Assembly: GCA_030390025.1 (NCBI GenBank)
Contig: CM059433.1
Location: 25,670,001-25,734,000 of the forward strand
From: Squalus acanthias
Lineage: Eukaryota
Direction: 5' to 3'
Length of the DNA: 64,000 bases
Of this stretch, positions 1 to 12,400 are shown piece after piece. The position numbers and the translations under genes are program-made. Below the pieces are notes generated by a model that was not told where the DNA came from, did no database searches, and saw nothing but the letters and a program-made list of their open reading frames with translations. Position 1 is the stretch's first letter. Each line of letters opens with the position of its first letter.

Positions 1-273
1 CCCAAACCTGCGACCTGTTCCACCTAGAAGGACAAAGGCAGCAGGCGCATGGAAACACCACCACCTCCAAGTTCCTCTCCAAGTCACACACCATCCTGAC
101 TTGGAATTATATCGCTGATCCTTCCCAACAGCACTGTGGGAGTACCATCACCACACGGACTGCAGCGGTTCAAGAAGGCAGCTCACCACCACCTTCTCAA
201 GGGCAAATAGGGATGGGCAATAAATGCTGGCCTTACCAGCGACACCCACATCCCATAAATGAATTTTAAAAAA
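1..273 (+). mobile_element. 3' end of CR1-group LINE (the copy that interrupts the MROH1 retrocopy)
   Basis: Nearly identical to the 3' ends of the LINE copies at ~44740-45010 and ~52150-52422; ends ...cccacatcccataaatgaattttaaaaaaa. Confidence 0.8.
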
Positions 274-1719
274 ATTGCACCATTGCTCTGGCCAGCATTT
301 CAACCCCCTTGTCAAATATGCGGAGGTTCTTCATCTGGTCCCATCCTCCACTGTTCACCATGTAAGTAGCTATTTCTTTATTATTTGTCCAAGCTAGCGG
401 GTCCTTCAGTGTCCTCACACGGTTCACACACACATCTCTGCATTTAGGTGTTTGAAGCTCAGCTGAGAATTTTCTCTGGTTCGATTTAACATCAGGAGTA
501 AAACCATTGAGCAGAGAAACATTAACACAAGTGTTGCAGTGGATGAGCAGGGCGCTGAATAACTGCAGGAATAATGTAGTCACCGTCTTTACCGACTCGG
601 GCTTAGTTATCATCTGCCGCAGCCCACAAACGGCAGCCAGGGATTCAAGGTTGAATACTGTGGCGCTTTCTCACTGACAGGTTCTGCTCATTGCAAATGG
701 TAACTGCTTTTTCAGTGTGTCCAGTAACTCTCCCATTGTACTCATGGCACATTCTGTGTCCTCAGCCAGTGATCTCCACATGTCACTGATGTACTTGTCC
801 AAAGGGACAGGGTAGTTGAGGAGACAGGCACAACAGTTGCTGTGTTGTGTGAGCCAGAATGGCGATACTACACAGAGCTGAAAGTTTCACCTGCTCAAAA
901 GGAATTGACTGCAATTGAAGCTTCAGCACTTCAATGATCTCCGAGGCCTGGTCCCCAAGTTCACTGCCTCGTCTATTAATGGTGGTTTGCATGAGAACAG
1001 TGGCTGCATTGGAATAGCTGGGGTGTTGGTCGGACAGTCTTTTGAAGACCATGAAGAGTAAGTTGTCCAACTGGTGACGGGGCAATCATTTGGAAATGAC
1101 CTCTGTGATTTGAGAGCATGATTGAAAGAGGACTGAATTGTCAGGGTTAACTAACTGTTCTCTGACTCTTTTCAGTCCCTCTAACTGCTCCGTTTGCTGA
1201 ACCAGATTGGTGCCTTCACACGACAAATGAATGGCCAGGATTATGTACAAAGTGTCCAGGGACATCTGTCAAATGGGAAGCGATGGGTCTGCACAACGTG
1301 GCATCAGTCATCCAATCAGAGACCCCGTGTTAATTTCAGGCGCTACATTACTAAGATTGAGCTTCCTCCAGTGAAGTTTCAGAAGCTCTAAGGTCGTTTC
1401 CATGGTTCTCTCTCGTTCATAGTCTTTCGTTGAAATGATCCGGGCTTCTACATGATTGAAAATGGCCTCATGTCCTTGAGGGGACTGATCCTGAAGTAAT
1501 ATTTGCTTCAGAAGATTTTGCAGCAAATCTGTGGTTTGGGTATAAAGCGTCACCCACTCCTTTGTATTATCATTTGTGTCCAGGTCATTGTACAGTTCTG
1601 GAGGTACCAAGCCGAAAGTACTGGTCAGGCAGGTTTGAATCAATTGGCAGTTATCAGCTTGGTTTGATTCAGTGCGTAGTTACACGAGATGCGTGCAGGC
1701 GTTCATGGCTAACTGTCGA
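274..1719 (-). pseudogene. MROH1: MROH1 (HEATR7A)-like processed pseudogene, central fragment, 5'-truncated by junction to L2
   Basis: Minus-strand ORF fragments (LFSALLIH..., GGWDQMK...GVEMLARAMVQ, DQHPSYSNAA..., ERERTMETTLELL) resemble the middle of MROH1; broken by stops and frameshifts; no introns. Confidence 0.75.
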
Positions 1720-2345
1720 GAGAAGTGGTGGTGAGGTAGAGCTGGGTGACGTCAGCTTACATGTGGAAACTGAAGCTGTGTTTTCAGATGATGTCGCCAA
1801 GGGTCAACATGTCGATGAGAAATAGGAGGGGCCCCAGGATAGATCCCTGGGCGACATCAGAGGTAACGATGCGGGAGCGGGAAGAGAAGCCTTTGCAGGT
1901 GATTCTCTGGCTACGATTAGATAGATAAGAATGGAACCAGGCGAGTGCAGTCCCACCCAGCCGGACGACAGTGGAGAGGCGTTGGAGGAGGATGGAGTGG
2001 TCAATCATATCAAAGGCTGCATACAAGTCAAGGAGGACGAGGAGGGATAGTTTACCTTTGTCACAGTCACATAGGATGTCATTTATGATTTTGATAAGAG
2101 CCGTTTCAATACTGTGGAAGGGGTGGAAACCTGATCCAAACAAGGAGTTCCGATAAAGATGGGCACGGATTTGGGAGGCGACAACACGTTCAAGAAATTT
2201 GGAGAGGAAAAGGAGGTTGAGATGGGATGGCACTAGGCAAGGACAGAGGGGTCAAGGGTTGGTTTTTGAGGAAATGGATGATGACAGCAGATTTGAAAGA
2301 GAGAGAACCACTAACAATATTAGCTAACATGGGAGCCAGAAGAGG
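1720..2345 (-). mobile_element. L2-clade LINE reverse-transcriptase fragment
   Basis: ORF 1784..2233: SLLVLLDLYAAFDMIDHSILLQRL...GTALAWFHSYLSNRSQ...QGSILGPLLF; the Tyr codon of YADD is mutated to TAA. Confidence 0.85.
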
Positions 2346-3030
2346 GTATTTGTGTGTGTACCAGGGTGAGAGTATGTGTTTGTGTGTGTGTGCGAGTGTG
2401 TAAGTGTGTGTGTGTGTGTGTGTGTGCGTGTGTGAGAGGCCGAGGGTGTGTGAGGTTGTGTGTATGTGTGCATGAGGGTGAGAGTGTGTGAGGTTGTGTG
2501 TGTGTGTGTGTCTGTGTGAGAGGGTGAGGGTGTGTGAGGTTAAACATAGAAACATAGAAACTAGGAGCAGGAGTAGGCCATTCGGCCCGTCGAGCTTGCT
2601 CCACCATTCAATACGATCATGGCTGATCATCCAAATCCAGTACCCTGTCCCTGCTTTCTCACACAGAATCCCCATCGAGCCTGCACTGACACATATCCCA
2701 CCCTATCCCCGTAACCCCACGTATTTAATTCCCCCTAACATATCCCTTCCTATCCTATCCCCGTAACCCCACATATTTAATCCCCCCCTAACACTAAGGG
2801 TCAATTTATCATAGCCAAATCAACCTAACCCGCACATTTTTGTGTGTGTGTGTGAGAGGGTGAGGGTGTGTGAGGTTGTGTGTGTGTGTGAGAGGGTGAG
2901 GGTGTGTGAGGTTTTGTGTGTGTGTGTGTGTGTGTGTGTGAGGGGGTGAGGGTGTGTGTGTGAGAGAGGGTGAGGGGGTTTGAGGTTGTATGTGTGTGTG
3001 TGTGTGTGTGAGGGCGAGGGTATGAGTAGG
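2346..3030. repeat. Compound (TG)n/GAGGGT-GAGGTT microsatellite, interrupted by SINE/LINE-tail sequence
   Basis: Directly visible TG runs punctuated by gagggt/gaggtt. Confidence 0.9.
2541..2838 (-). mobile_element. HE1-SINE/HER1(CR1)-like 3' tail and SINE body fragments inserted in the microsatellite
   Basis: aaacatagaaacatagaaactaggagcaggagtaggccattcggccc...atcatggctgatc (reverse CR1-type tail with TTTCTATG repeats) and cactaagggtcaatttatcatagcc...aacctaacccgcacat; absent from the other units. Confidence 0.6.
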
Positions 3031-6000
3031 TTTACCCACCCCCAGTCACACAGCAGCGGTACCTGCACTGTTTGAAGATCGTCCGATAGTTGCAGCAACA
3101 GGAAATCTATTTATTTACAATTCATAAATTTACAAATTTACAAGTCATGTTGAAAAATTGATCAGTTTGATGCTAAGAAGAGGAGGTGGAGAACGATCGG
3201 GGCCTGTTTGTTTAGGCTTCATTCTGATGGCAACAGCAGCAGTTCCTTAGGCAGCTGATCCACCAGGGGAGTCTCTGGGCAGGCCACACACGTTCTGACT
3301 GTTGGAGAAGTAAAGTTGAAAAGGCCGCTGCATGTGCTCGGAGCTGCTCCTGGGGGTTGTGGAAGAAGGACTCACAATCCATGGCGTAGGAAGTGATCCT
3401 GTTGGGGAAATCTTGAACCAACTGTCATAAAAGGTCCTTTAGGAGATCCATGTAGTTCCCGTTGGGCTGCCCTAGATGGTTCTTGATTAATGAGGAAGCC
3501 TAGGCCGATCCAATGAGGGGGACAACCAGTTGCAGTGTTGAGCTACAAGACGTGGTGACCTCCTCACTCGTTCCGTCCAGGTGCAACAACAAACGCACAA
3601 GGTTGGAATGGATCTGTCAGTGGAAGGAGGATCTGGAACCTCCGATTCCACATTTGGTCAAGTTCCCCAACATGCTGAACAGTTCAGCCCGCACTTGATC
3701 ACACTCGCCGTCGAAGAGTGGTTGAATGCTGGCGAGGATTTTCTTTACAAAGGGTTGGATGGCACTTGGTCTCTATTTAATGATGTTCTTCGACAGGCAC
3801 GACAGCACCTCAAATGTTAGCACTTCCTCTTGGTTCTCCTTGGCCCCCAACAGACTAAGCATTGTGCTCATCACTTGAGGAGACCAGTAATGGGCTCCAA
3901 TTGAAACATTGCCAAGGTCCCTGACACACAGCAACTGGGCAACTGGACAAGCATCACGCAAACACCTTAGCAATGTGCTCAACAGAGTGTCTGTGAGATG
4001 CAACCGTGAAAGCAGTGGAGATTTTAACAGCTCTCCAAAGAAGGAAGCCACGGTGACTGCCTGTCAGTCTTGGATGGTATGGATCTTAGCTGCCAGCTCT
4101 TCCACAATGCCAGGCAGGTTGATGCCAGCATATTGAACATTAGTGAACCAGATGGGTGACCACCGCACAGTCATTGTGGAGACGAAGTCCCGTCTTCACA
4201 TTGAGGACACATTCCATTGTGTTGCGTGGCACTACCACCGTGCTAAATGGGATAGATTCAGAACAGATCTAGCTTTCTCACTGATAGATTTTGCTCATCC
4301 CAAATGATAACTGCTTATTCAGTGTGTCCAGAAGCTCTCCCATTGTACTCATGACACATTCTGTGTCCTCAGCCAGTGATATCCACATGTCACTGATGTA
4401 CTTGTCCAAAGGGACAGGGTAGGTGAGGAGACAGGACACAACAGTTGCTGTGTTGTGTGAGCCAGGGTTAACTAACTGTTCTCTGACTCTTTTCAGTACC
4501 TCTAACTGTTGCCCACTCCTTTGTATTATCATTTGTGTCCAGGTCATCGTTCAGTTCTGGAGGTACCAAGCCGAAAGTCCTGGTCAGGCAGGTTTGAATC
4601 AATTGGCAGGTGTCAGCTTGGTTTGATTCAGTGTGTAGTTGCACGAGATGCGTGCAGGCGTTCATGACTAACTATCGAACAGGGCTCGGCCTCGATAAGA
4701 TCCTGCATGTATGTAAGCAGCACCCTGTTTCTGATAAATTGATGGGAATTTTCCAGAGATTTAAATATAGGGATCTAGCTATCTGAGTCAAGGTCTGTAT
4801 TCGGCTGAGCTTTAGTGTGAGATCCCTGGATTCAGCCTTTATCCCCTGCCCACTTGTAATTAAATGACTAACAGCTGGCAGCATGTAGCTCTTGATGTTG
4901 AACAGCAGTTCCTCAGGTGCACAGACTGCCATGTTCCCTTCACACAGAACCAGTGTGCTCTTCACCTTATCAGATTCCTCCTTTGCCTAAATCTGTTGGA
5001 GTTAGCAAACTCCTCCAGGCTACTGAGCGTATCATCAAAATGTGCCATGGCACAGAAACCAATGATGAGGGCTGCTCCCTATCTCTCCGCACTCTCACTG
5101 TGCTGCACACTCAGTAGCATTTGGTGAAGCTCCTCCTTTACGTTCTTAGTGTGGGTCTGGCAGAGCACTGACGCAAGAGATTAATACAGAAAGCCCTTCT
5201 CTTGTGGGGAATGATGGTTAGTGTTGATCTGTTTTGATATTTCTTCAGCGAGCTAACATGTCCATTCCTCGTCATCAATCGTATTTAAAGGTAGGCACAA
5301 GACCACCAATAATTTATTCTCCCATTTTGATTGGGACAGAGACTCCTCTGAATTTTCCAGTAAATGGTCAAATAATGGTGCAAGCTCCTCTTCCCACCAC
5401 CTCACTGATTCTGGGTGGATATTGAGACTCAGGACTTTCAGCACACTCAGTGCCGCAGCTCCTCGGCCTCCTCCATGATACAGGCAACAAGTCACAATGA
5501 GGAGCCGGGTCAGCAGTGCCTGGGCTTTAGGGAGATTGGCTTTCACTACCGGCTCGCAGTTTCTTTTTCCCCAATATGTGTTGAACAACTACAGATTATT
5601 GTTAAGGCCTTGATGTACTGGGTCACAGTGACAAACTCCAGTAAGGATGGCCAAAGGACATCCTCCATCTTCACTGCAGTTGTGATCAAACACATCACTC
5701 TTTCACACAGTATAACTAATTCTTCATCTGTTACTGGGTCTGGCTGATGATTGGGTGGTATCAGGGTCCCTGAACCAACTGGTACAGCACACTGTTGGAT
5801 GAGGAATTACACCTTTGCCTTTCCTCCCTCTGGCTCAAGGTAACCTTGCTGGGCCATGACACATATTACCTGGGCAATTAGCTTCTTCTCCTGATTGCTG
5901 CTCTTGTCTAGAAGTACTGGTTTTATTGCAAACACAATCTGAGCCTTCTTCCTCTCCAAGTGTGATGAAGTGATGAAGTGCTTTCGTACAGTGAGTGTTC

Positions 6001-6780
6001 CTACTCTCATTTGTTGGTCAGCGTTCTCTAACTGAGATAAGAAAAATTCCACCATTTTGTCTGCATAAGCTGGGGCCAGAACTCTGAAACAGCGAAGGAT
6101 CTCAGTCTGGTTCTTCACAGCAAGATCATCAGTAGACTCCAGCGAAACACAAATCTGCTGGTGGAGCTGGATGTCCATTTGTGTTTTTAGCCCGAGATAC
6201 TTTATCTCTGTCACAACATCCATCTCATGCAGAAAATGTACAGTTTGTACCACTTTGCTGTATTTTGTCCACCTCTGGGTTTCTGTGTTGTCATGGTTTT
6301 CATTGTGAGGCCGGGTTACATAACCCCTCAGTTGTGATGAGGTCATGGGTCATGTGCCCATATAAGCCCTGCCAGATGTTTGTGGCAGTTTGTGGCAGTT
6401 TAAGGTGGGTGGTGGGGGTTAAGGCCCAGACCCGAGATACAGACCATACGGACAAGGCAACATTCGCAACCCGTAGCAGCCAGTTTGTACCACTTTGCTG
6501 CATCTTGTCCACCCCTGGATTGAGCAGCTGTTTGTTCCTAATAAAGAACCCACCGCAAGATGGACACTCAGAGTCCTTGTGACAAAAGATGTAGAAATGG
6601 GAGTGTAGGACAGACCTTTCCAGCAGAATTGCCCCAAATTGGGATGTTCATTGTCAGGGATTGAAGCTGCTTAATGATGTCATCAGGAAGTTGCTCTGAC
6701 ATCAGAGCGGTCCGGTGTGACATCAGAGCGGTCCATTGTGACATTTGTTCCACTCGTCTCTCCTTTAAAACCCTTGTTGT
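3030..6780 (-). pseudogene. MROH1: MROH1-like processed pseudogene, copy 1 (several internal deletions; LINE reduced to ~4156-4272)
   Basis: KNQTEILRCFRVLAPAYADKMVEFFL...RVGTL...IAQVICVMAQQGYLEPEGG and GGGRGAAALSVLKVLSLNIHP...WENKLL match MROH1 motifs as I recall them; many frameshifts; minus-strand AATAAA at 3110-3115. Confidence 0.8.
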
Positions 6781-7131
6781 CTATTGCCTACCACCCCAGA
6801 TTTCTCACCCACAAGTCCTCCCTGTTTTCCTCCTTCAGCCTCTGCACTCAGTGACTCCTCATCCTCGGTCATTTCAATCTCCATCTCAACTCCCCTTATC
6901 CTTTCTCCTCCGATTTTACTGCCCTCCTGTTGTCCCTTAAACACTCCTACCCATCATGTCCACCACTCTACTTTGCCATCTCTCCTGGCCTCACTACTTG
7001 CATGGTCTCAATCACTGACAAGGCCATGTCTGACCATTGATTTTATCAACCGTAAGCCTCCCCCATCACCTTCCAACCTTATTTTCATCTGTGTCCACAC
7101 CTGCAAAAAACCCTCTTACAGGAAGATACGT

Positions 7132-7260
7132 ACATTAGGAACAGAAGGAGGCCATTCAGCCCCTTGGGTGTGCTCCGCCATTCAATTAGATCATGGCTGA
7201 TCTGTACCTCAACTCCATTTACCCAACTTTACTCGAAATGCCTTCATAACCTTACCTAAG
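7132..7260 (-). mobile_element. Old CR1/HER1-type 3' tail fragment, part of the repeat unit (also at ~16974-17100 and ~38285-38410)
   Basis: aggaacagaaggaggccattcagccc...ccattcaattagatcatggctgatct resembles the tail at 2541-2630. Confidence 0.55.
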
Positions 7261-7357
7261 AAAAAGCTATCAATCTGATTTCACTGATCAATGATTCATG
7301 TCACACCATTATGTAGCACCTATTCAGATAGAGGGCTGTACCTCTCCACTCGCTCAG

Positions 7358-8905
7358 CAACAACAACTACTAATATTAATATAGCGTCTTTAAAGTAGTA
7401 AAATGTCCCAAAGTGCTTCACAGGAGTTTTGTAACACAAAATATGAAACCGAGGCACATAGGGTGAAATTAGGGCAGATGACCAAAAGCTTGGTCAAAGA
7501 GGTAGGTTTTAAAGAGCGTCTTAATGGAAGAAAGAGATGTAGAGAGGTGGAGAGGTTTAGGCAGGGAATTCCAGAGCTTGGGGCCTTGGCAGCTGAAGGC
7601 ATAGCCAACAATGGTTGAGCTATTAAATTTAGGGATGCTCTAGAATCCAGATTTAGGGGAGTGCAGATATCTCGGGGTGGGAGGGGGGTGGGTGGGGTGA
7701 TTGTGGGGCTGGAGGAGATTACAGAGATAGGGAGAGGTGAGACCAATGAGGGATTTGAAAACTAGGAGAATTTTAAAATCAAGGCATTGATTAACCGGGA
7801 GCCAATGTAGTTCAGCGAGCACAGGGGTGATAGGTGAACGGGACTTGGTGCGAGTTACGACACAGGCAGCCGAGTTTTGGATTACCTCAAGTTTACATAG
7901 GGTAGAACGTTGGAGGCTAGCCATTGGAATAGTCAAGTCTAGAGATAACAAAAAAATGGATGAGGATTTCAGCAACAGATGAGCTGAGGCAGGGGCGGAG
8001 TTGGGCGATGTTTCGAAGGTGGAAATAGGCGGTCTGAGTGAAAGCGCGGATATGTGGCCGAAAGCTAATTTCCTGGTCAAATATGGCACCAAGGTTGCGA
8101 AGAGGCTGGATCAGCCTCAGACAGATGCTATGGAGAAGGATGGAGTCAATAACTAAGGAACGGAGTTTGCGGGGGGATCTGAAGACAATGGCTTTGGTCT
8201 TCCCAATATTTAGTTGGAGGAAATTTCTGCTCATCCAGCACTGGATGCAGTCTGACAATTTAGAGACCGTGGAGGGGTCGAGAGAAGTGGTGGTGAGGTA
8301 GAGCTGTTTGACATCAGCTTACATGTGGAAACTGAAGCTGTATTTTCAGATGATGTCGCTGAGGGGCAACATGTCGATGAGAAATAGGAGGGGCCCCAGG
8401 AAAAATCCCTGGACGACACCAGAGGTAACGATGCGGGAGCGGGAAGAGAAGCCGTTGCAGGTGATTCTCTGGCTATGATTAGATAGATAAGAATGGAACC
8501 AGGCGAGTGCAGTCCCACCCAGCCGGACGACAGTGGAGAGGTGTTGGACGAGGATGGAGTGGTCAACCATGTCAAAGGCTGCATACAAGTCAAGGAGGAC
8601 GAGGAGGGATAGTTTACCTTTGTCACAGTCACATAGGATGTCATTTATGATTTTGATAAGAGCCGTTTCAATACTGTGGAAGGGGCGGAAACCTGATCCA
8701 AACTTGGAGTTCCGATAAAGATGGGCACGGATTGGGGAGGCGACAACACGTTCAACGAATTTGGAGAGGAAAAGAAGGTTGAGATGGGATGGTACTAGGC
8801 AAGGACAGAGTGGACAAGGGTTGTTTTTTGATGAAATGGATAATGACAGCAGATTTGAAAGAAAGAGAACCATTAACAATGTTAGCTAACATGGGAGCCA
8901 GAAAA
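7358..8905 (-). mobile_element. L2-clade LINE, 5'-truncated (RT plus C-terminal region and 3' tail)
   Basis: ORFs 8346..8879, 7917..8258 (WMSRNFLQLNIGKTK...SRLDYSN) and 7640..8092 (IQNSAA...ITPVLAELHWLPV); tail ending in (GTT)n. Confidence 0.85.
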
Positions 8906-9450
8906 AGGTGTGTTTGTGTGTGTGTGTGTGAGTGTGTGTTAGAATGAAGGTATGTGTACGCCTGTGTATGTGCGCGTGAGGGTGTGTGTGTGTGAGTGGC
9001 TGAGGGTGTGTGAGGTTGTGTGTGTGTGTGAAAGGTTGTGTGTGTGTGTGAGAGGGTGTGTGTGTGTGTCTGTGTGCGAGGGTGAGGTTGTGTGTGTGTG
9101 TGTGTGTGAGAGGCTGAGGGTGTGTGAGTTTGTGTGTGTGTGTGCGTGTGAGGGTTTGTGTGTGTGTCTGTGTGTGAGGGTGAGGTTGTGCGTGTGTGTG
9201 TGTGTGAGAGGGTGAGGGGGTGTGAGGATGTGTGTGTGCGTGTGAGGGTGTGTGTGTGTCTGTGTGCGAGGGTGAGGTTGTGTGTGTGTGTGTGTGAGAG
9301 GGTGAGGGGGTGTGAGGATGTGTGTGTGCGTGTGAGGGTGTGTGTGTGTCTGTGTGCGAGGGTGAGGTTGTGTGTGTGTGTGTGTGTGAGAGCTGAGGGG
9401 TGTGAGGTTGTATGTGTGTGTGTACGTGTGAGGGTGTGTGTGTGAGTACG
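8906..9450. repeat. Compound TG-rich microsatellite/minisatellite
   Basis: TG runs with a higher-order internal duplication (~9190-9370). Confidence 0.9.
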
Positions 9451-9454
9451 TTTA

Positions 9455-12400
9455 CCCACCCCCAGTCACACAGCAGCGGTACCTGCACTGTTTGAAGATC
9501 GACCGATAGTTGCAACAACAGGAAATTTATTTACAATTCATAAATTTACAAATTCACAAGTCATGTTGAAAAATTGATAAGTTTGATGCTAAGAAGAGGA
9601 GGTGGAGAACGATCGGGGCCTGTGTGTTTAGGCTTCATTCTGATGGCGACAGCAGCAGTTCCTTAGGCAGCAGTTCCGCCAGGTGAGCCTCTGGGCAGGT
9701 CAGACACGTTCTGACTGTTGGAGAAGTAAAGTTGAAAAGGCCGCTGCAGGTGCTCGGAGCTGCTCCTGGGGGTTGTGGAAGAAGGACTCGCAATCCACGG
9801 CGTAGGAAGTGATCCTGTTGGGGAAATCTTGAACCAACTGTCATGTAAGGTCCTTTAAGAGGTCCATGTAGTTCACGTTGGGCTCCCCTAGATGGTTCTT
9901 GATTAATGAGGAAGCCTAGGCCGATCCAATGAGGGGGACAACCAGTTGCAGTGTTGAGCTACAAGACGTGGTGATCTCCTCACTCGTTCCGTCCAGGTGC
10001 AACAACAAACGCACAAGGTTGGAATGGATCTGTCAGTAGAAGGAGGATCTGGAACCTTCGATTCCACATTTGGTCAAGTTTCCCAACATGCTGAACAGTT
10101 CAGCCCGCACTTGATCACACTCGCCGTCGAAGAGTGGTTGAATGCTGGTGAGGATTTTCTTCACAAAGGGTTGGATGGCACTAGCTCTCTATTTAATGAT
10201 GTTCTTCGACAGGCACGACAGCACCTCAAATGTTAGCACTTCCTCTTGGTTCTCCTTGGCCCCCAACAGACTAAGCATTGTGCTCATCACTTGATGAGAA
10301 CAGTAATGGGCTCCAATTGAAATGTTGCCAAGGTGCCTGACACACAGCAACTGGGCAACTGGACAAGCATCACGCAAACACCTTAGTAATGTGCTCATTA
10401 GAGTGTCTGTGAGCTGCAACTGTGAAACCAGTGGAGATTTTAACAGCTCTCCAAAGAAGGAAGCCACGGTGACGGCCTGTCAGTCTTGGATGGTATGGAT
10501 CTGAGCTGCCAGCTCTTCCACAATGCCAGGCAGGCTGATGCCAGCATATTGAACATTAGTGAACCAGATGGGTGACCACCGTACAGTCATTGTGGAGACG
10601 AAGTCCCGTATTCACACTGAGGACACATTCCATCGTGCTGTGTGGCACTACCACCGTGCTAAATGGGATAGATTCAGAACAGATCTAGCAGCTGAAAACT
10701 AGGCATCCGTGAGGCGCTGTGGGCCATCAGCAGCAGTAGAATTGTATTCCATCACAATCTGTAACCTCATGGCCCGGCATATCCCTCACTCTACTATTAC
10801 CATCAAGCCAGGAGACCAACCCTGGTTCAATAAGGAGTGTAGAAGAGCATGCCAGGAGCACCACCAGGCGTACCTAAAAATGAGGTGACAACCTGGAGAA
10901 GCTGCAACACAGGGCTACATGCATGCTAAAAAGCGGAAGCAGCATGCTGTAGACAACGATCCCACAATCAACAGATCAGACAAAAGCTCTGCAGTCCTGC
11001 CACATCCAGTCGTGAATGGTGGTGGACCATTAAAAACTAACGGGAGGAGGAGGCTCCATGAATATCCCCATCCTCAATGATGGTGGCGCCCAGCACGTGA
11101 GTGTAAAAGACAAGGCTGAAGCGTTTGCAACCATCTTCAGCCAGAAGTGCCGAGTGGATGATCCATATCGGCCAACTCCTGAGGTCCCCACCATCACAGA
11201 AGCCAGTCTTCAGCCAATTCGATTCACTCCACGTGATATCAAGAAACGGCTGAGCGCACTGGATACAGCAAAGGCTATGGGCCCCGACAACATTCCAGCT
11301 ATCATGCTGAAGACTTGTGCTCCAGAACAAGCCGCGCCTCTAGCCAAGCTGTTCCAGTACAACTACAATACTAGCATCCAGCCGACAATGTGGAAAACTG
11401 CCCAGGTATGTCCTGTCCACAAAAAGATGGACAAATCCAATCCAGCCAATTATCGCCCCATCAGTCTACTCTCAATCATCAGCAAATAGATGGAAGGTGT
11501 CATCGACAGTGCTATCAAGCGGCAATTACTCACCAATAACCTGCTCACTGTTGCCCAGTTTGGGTTCCGCAAGACCACTCGGCTCCCGACCTCATTACAC
11601 TATTGGTCCAAACATGGACAAAGGAGCTGAATTCCAGAGGTGAGGTGAGAGTGACTACCCTTGACATCAAGGCAGCATTTGACTGAGTGTGGCATCAAGG
11701 AGCCCTAGTAAAACTGAAGTCAATGGGAATGGGGGGAAAACTCTCCACTGGCTGAAGTCTTACCTAGCACAAAGGAAGGTGGTTGTGGTGATTGAAGGTC
11801 AATCATCACAGCCCCAGGACATCGCTGCAGGAGTTCCTCAGGGCAGTGTCCTAGGCTCAACTATCTTCAGCTGCTTCATCAATGACCTTCCCTCCAACAT
11901 AAGGTCAGAAATGGGGATGTTCGCTGATGACTGCACAATGATCAGTGCCATTCACAACTCCTCAGATAATGAAGCAGTCCATGCCCACATGCAACAAGAC
12001 CTGGACGACACACCATCCTGACTTGGAATTATATCGCCGATCCTTCCCAACAGCACTGTGGGAGTAACTTCACCACACGGACTGCAGCGGTTCAAGAAGG
12101 CAGCTCACCACCACCTTCTAAAGGGCAATTAGGGATGGACAATAAATACTGGCCTTGCCAGTGACACCCACATCCCATAAATGAATTTTTTTTTAAATTG
12201 CACCATTGCTCTGCCCAGCATTTCAACCCCCTTGTGAAATATGCGGAGGTTCTACATCTGGTCCCATCCTCCACTGTTCACCATGTAAGTAGCTACTTCT
12301 TTATTATTTGTCCAAGCTAGCGGGTCCTTTAGTGTCCTCACACGGTTCACACACACAGATCTGCATTTAGGTGTTTGAAGCTCAGCTGAGAATTGTCTCT

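Noticed and set aside
6694..6745. Short direct repeats gacatcagagcggtcc as a CRISPR-like or regulatory array
   Set aside because: Only two 21-bp units, no spacers, eukaryotic context; a simple local duplication absent in copy 6
8752..9518. Long His/Thr-rich or Cys/Val-rich ORFs (also 2190-3098, 31435-31842, 46926-47653, 54338-55068)
   Set aside because: They are translations of (CA)n/(TG)n microsatellite, not genes
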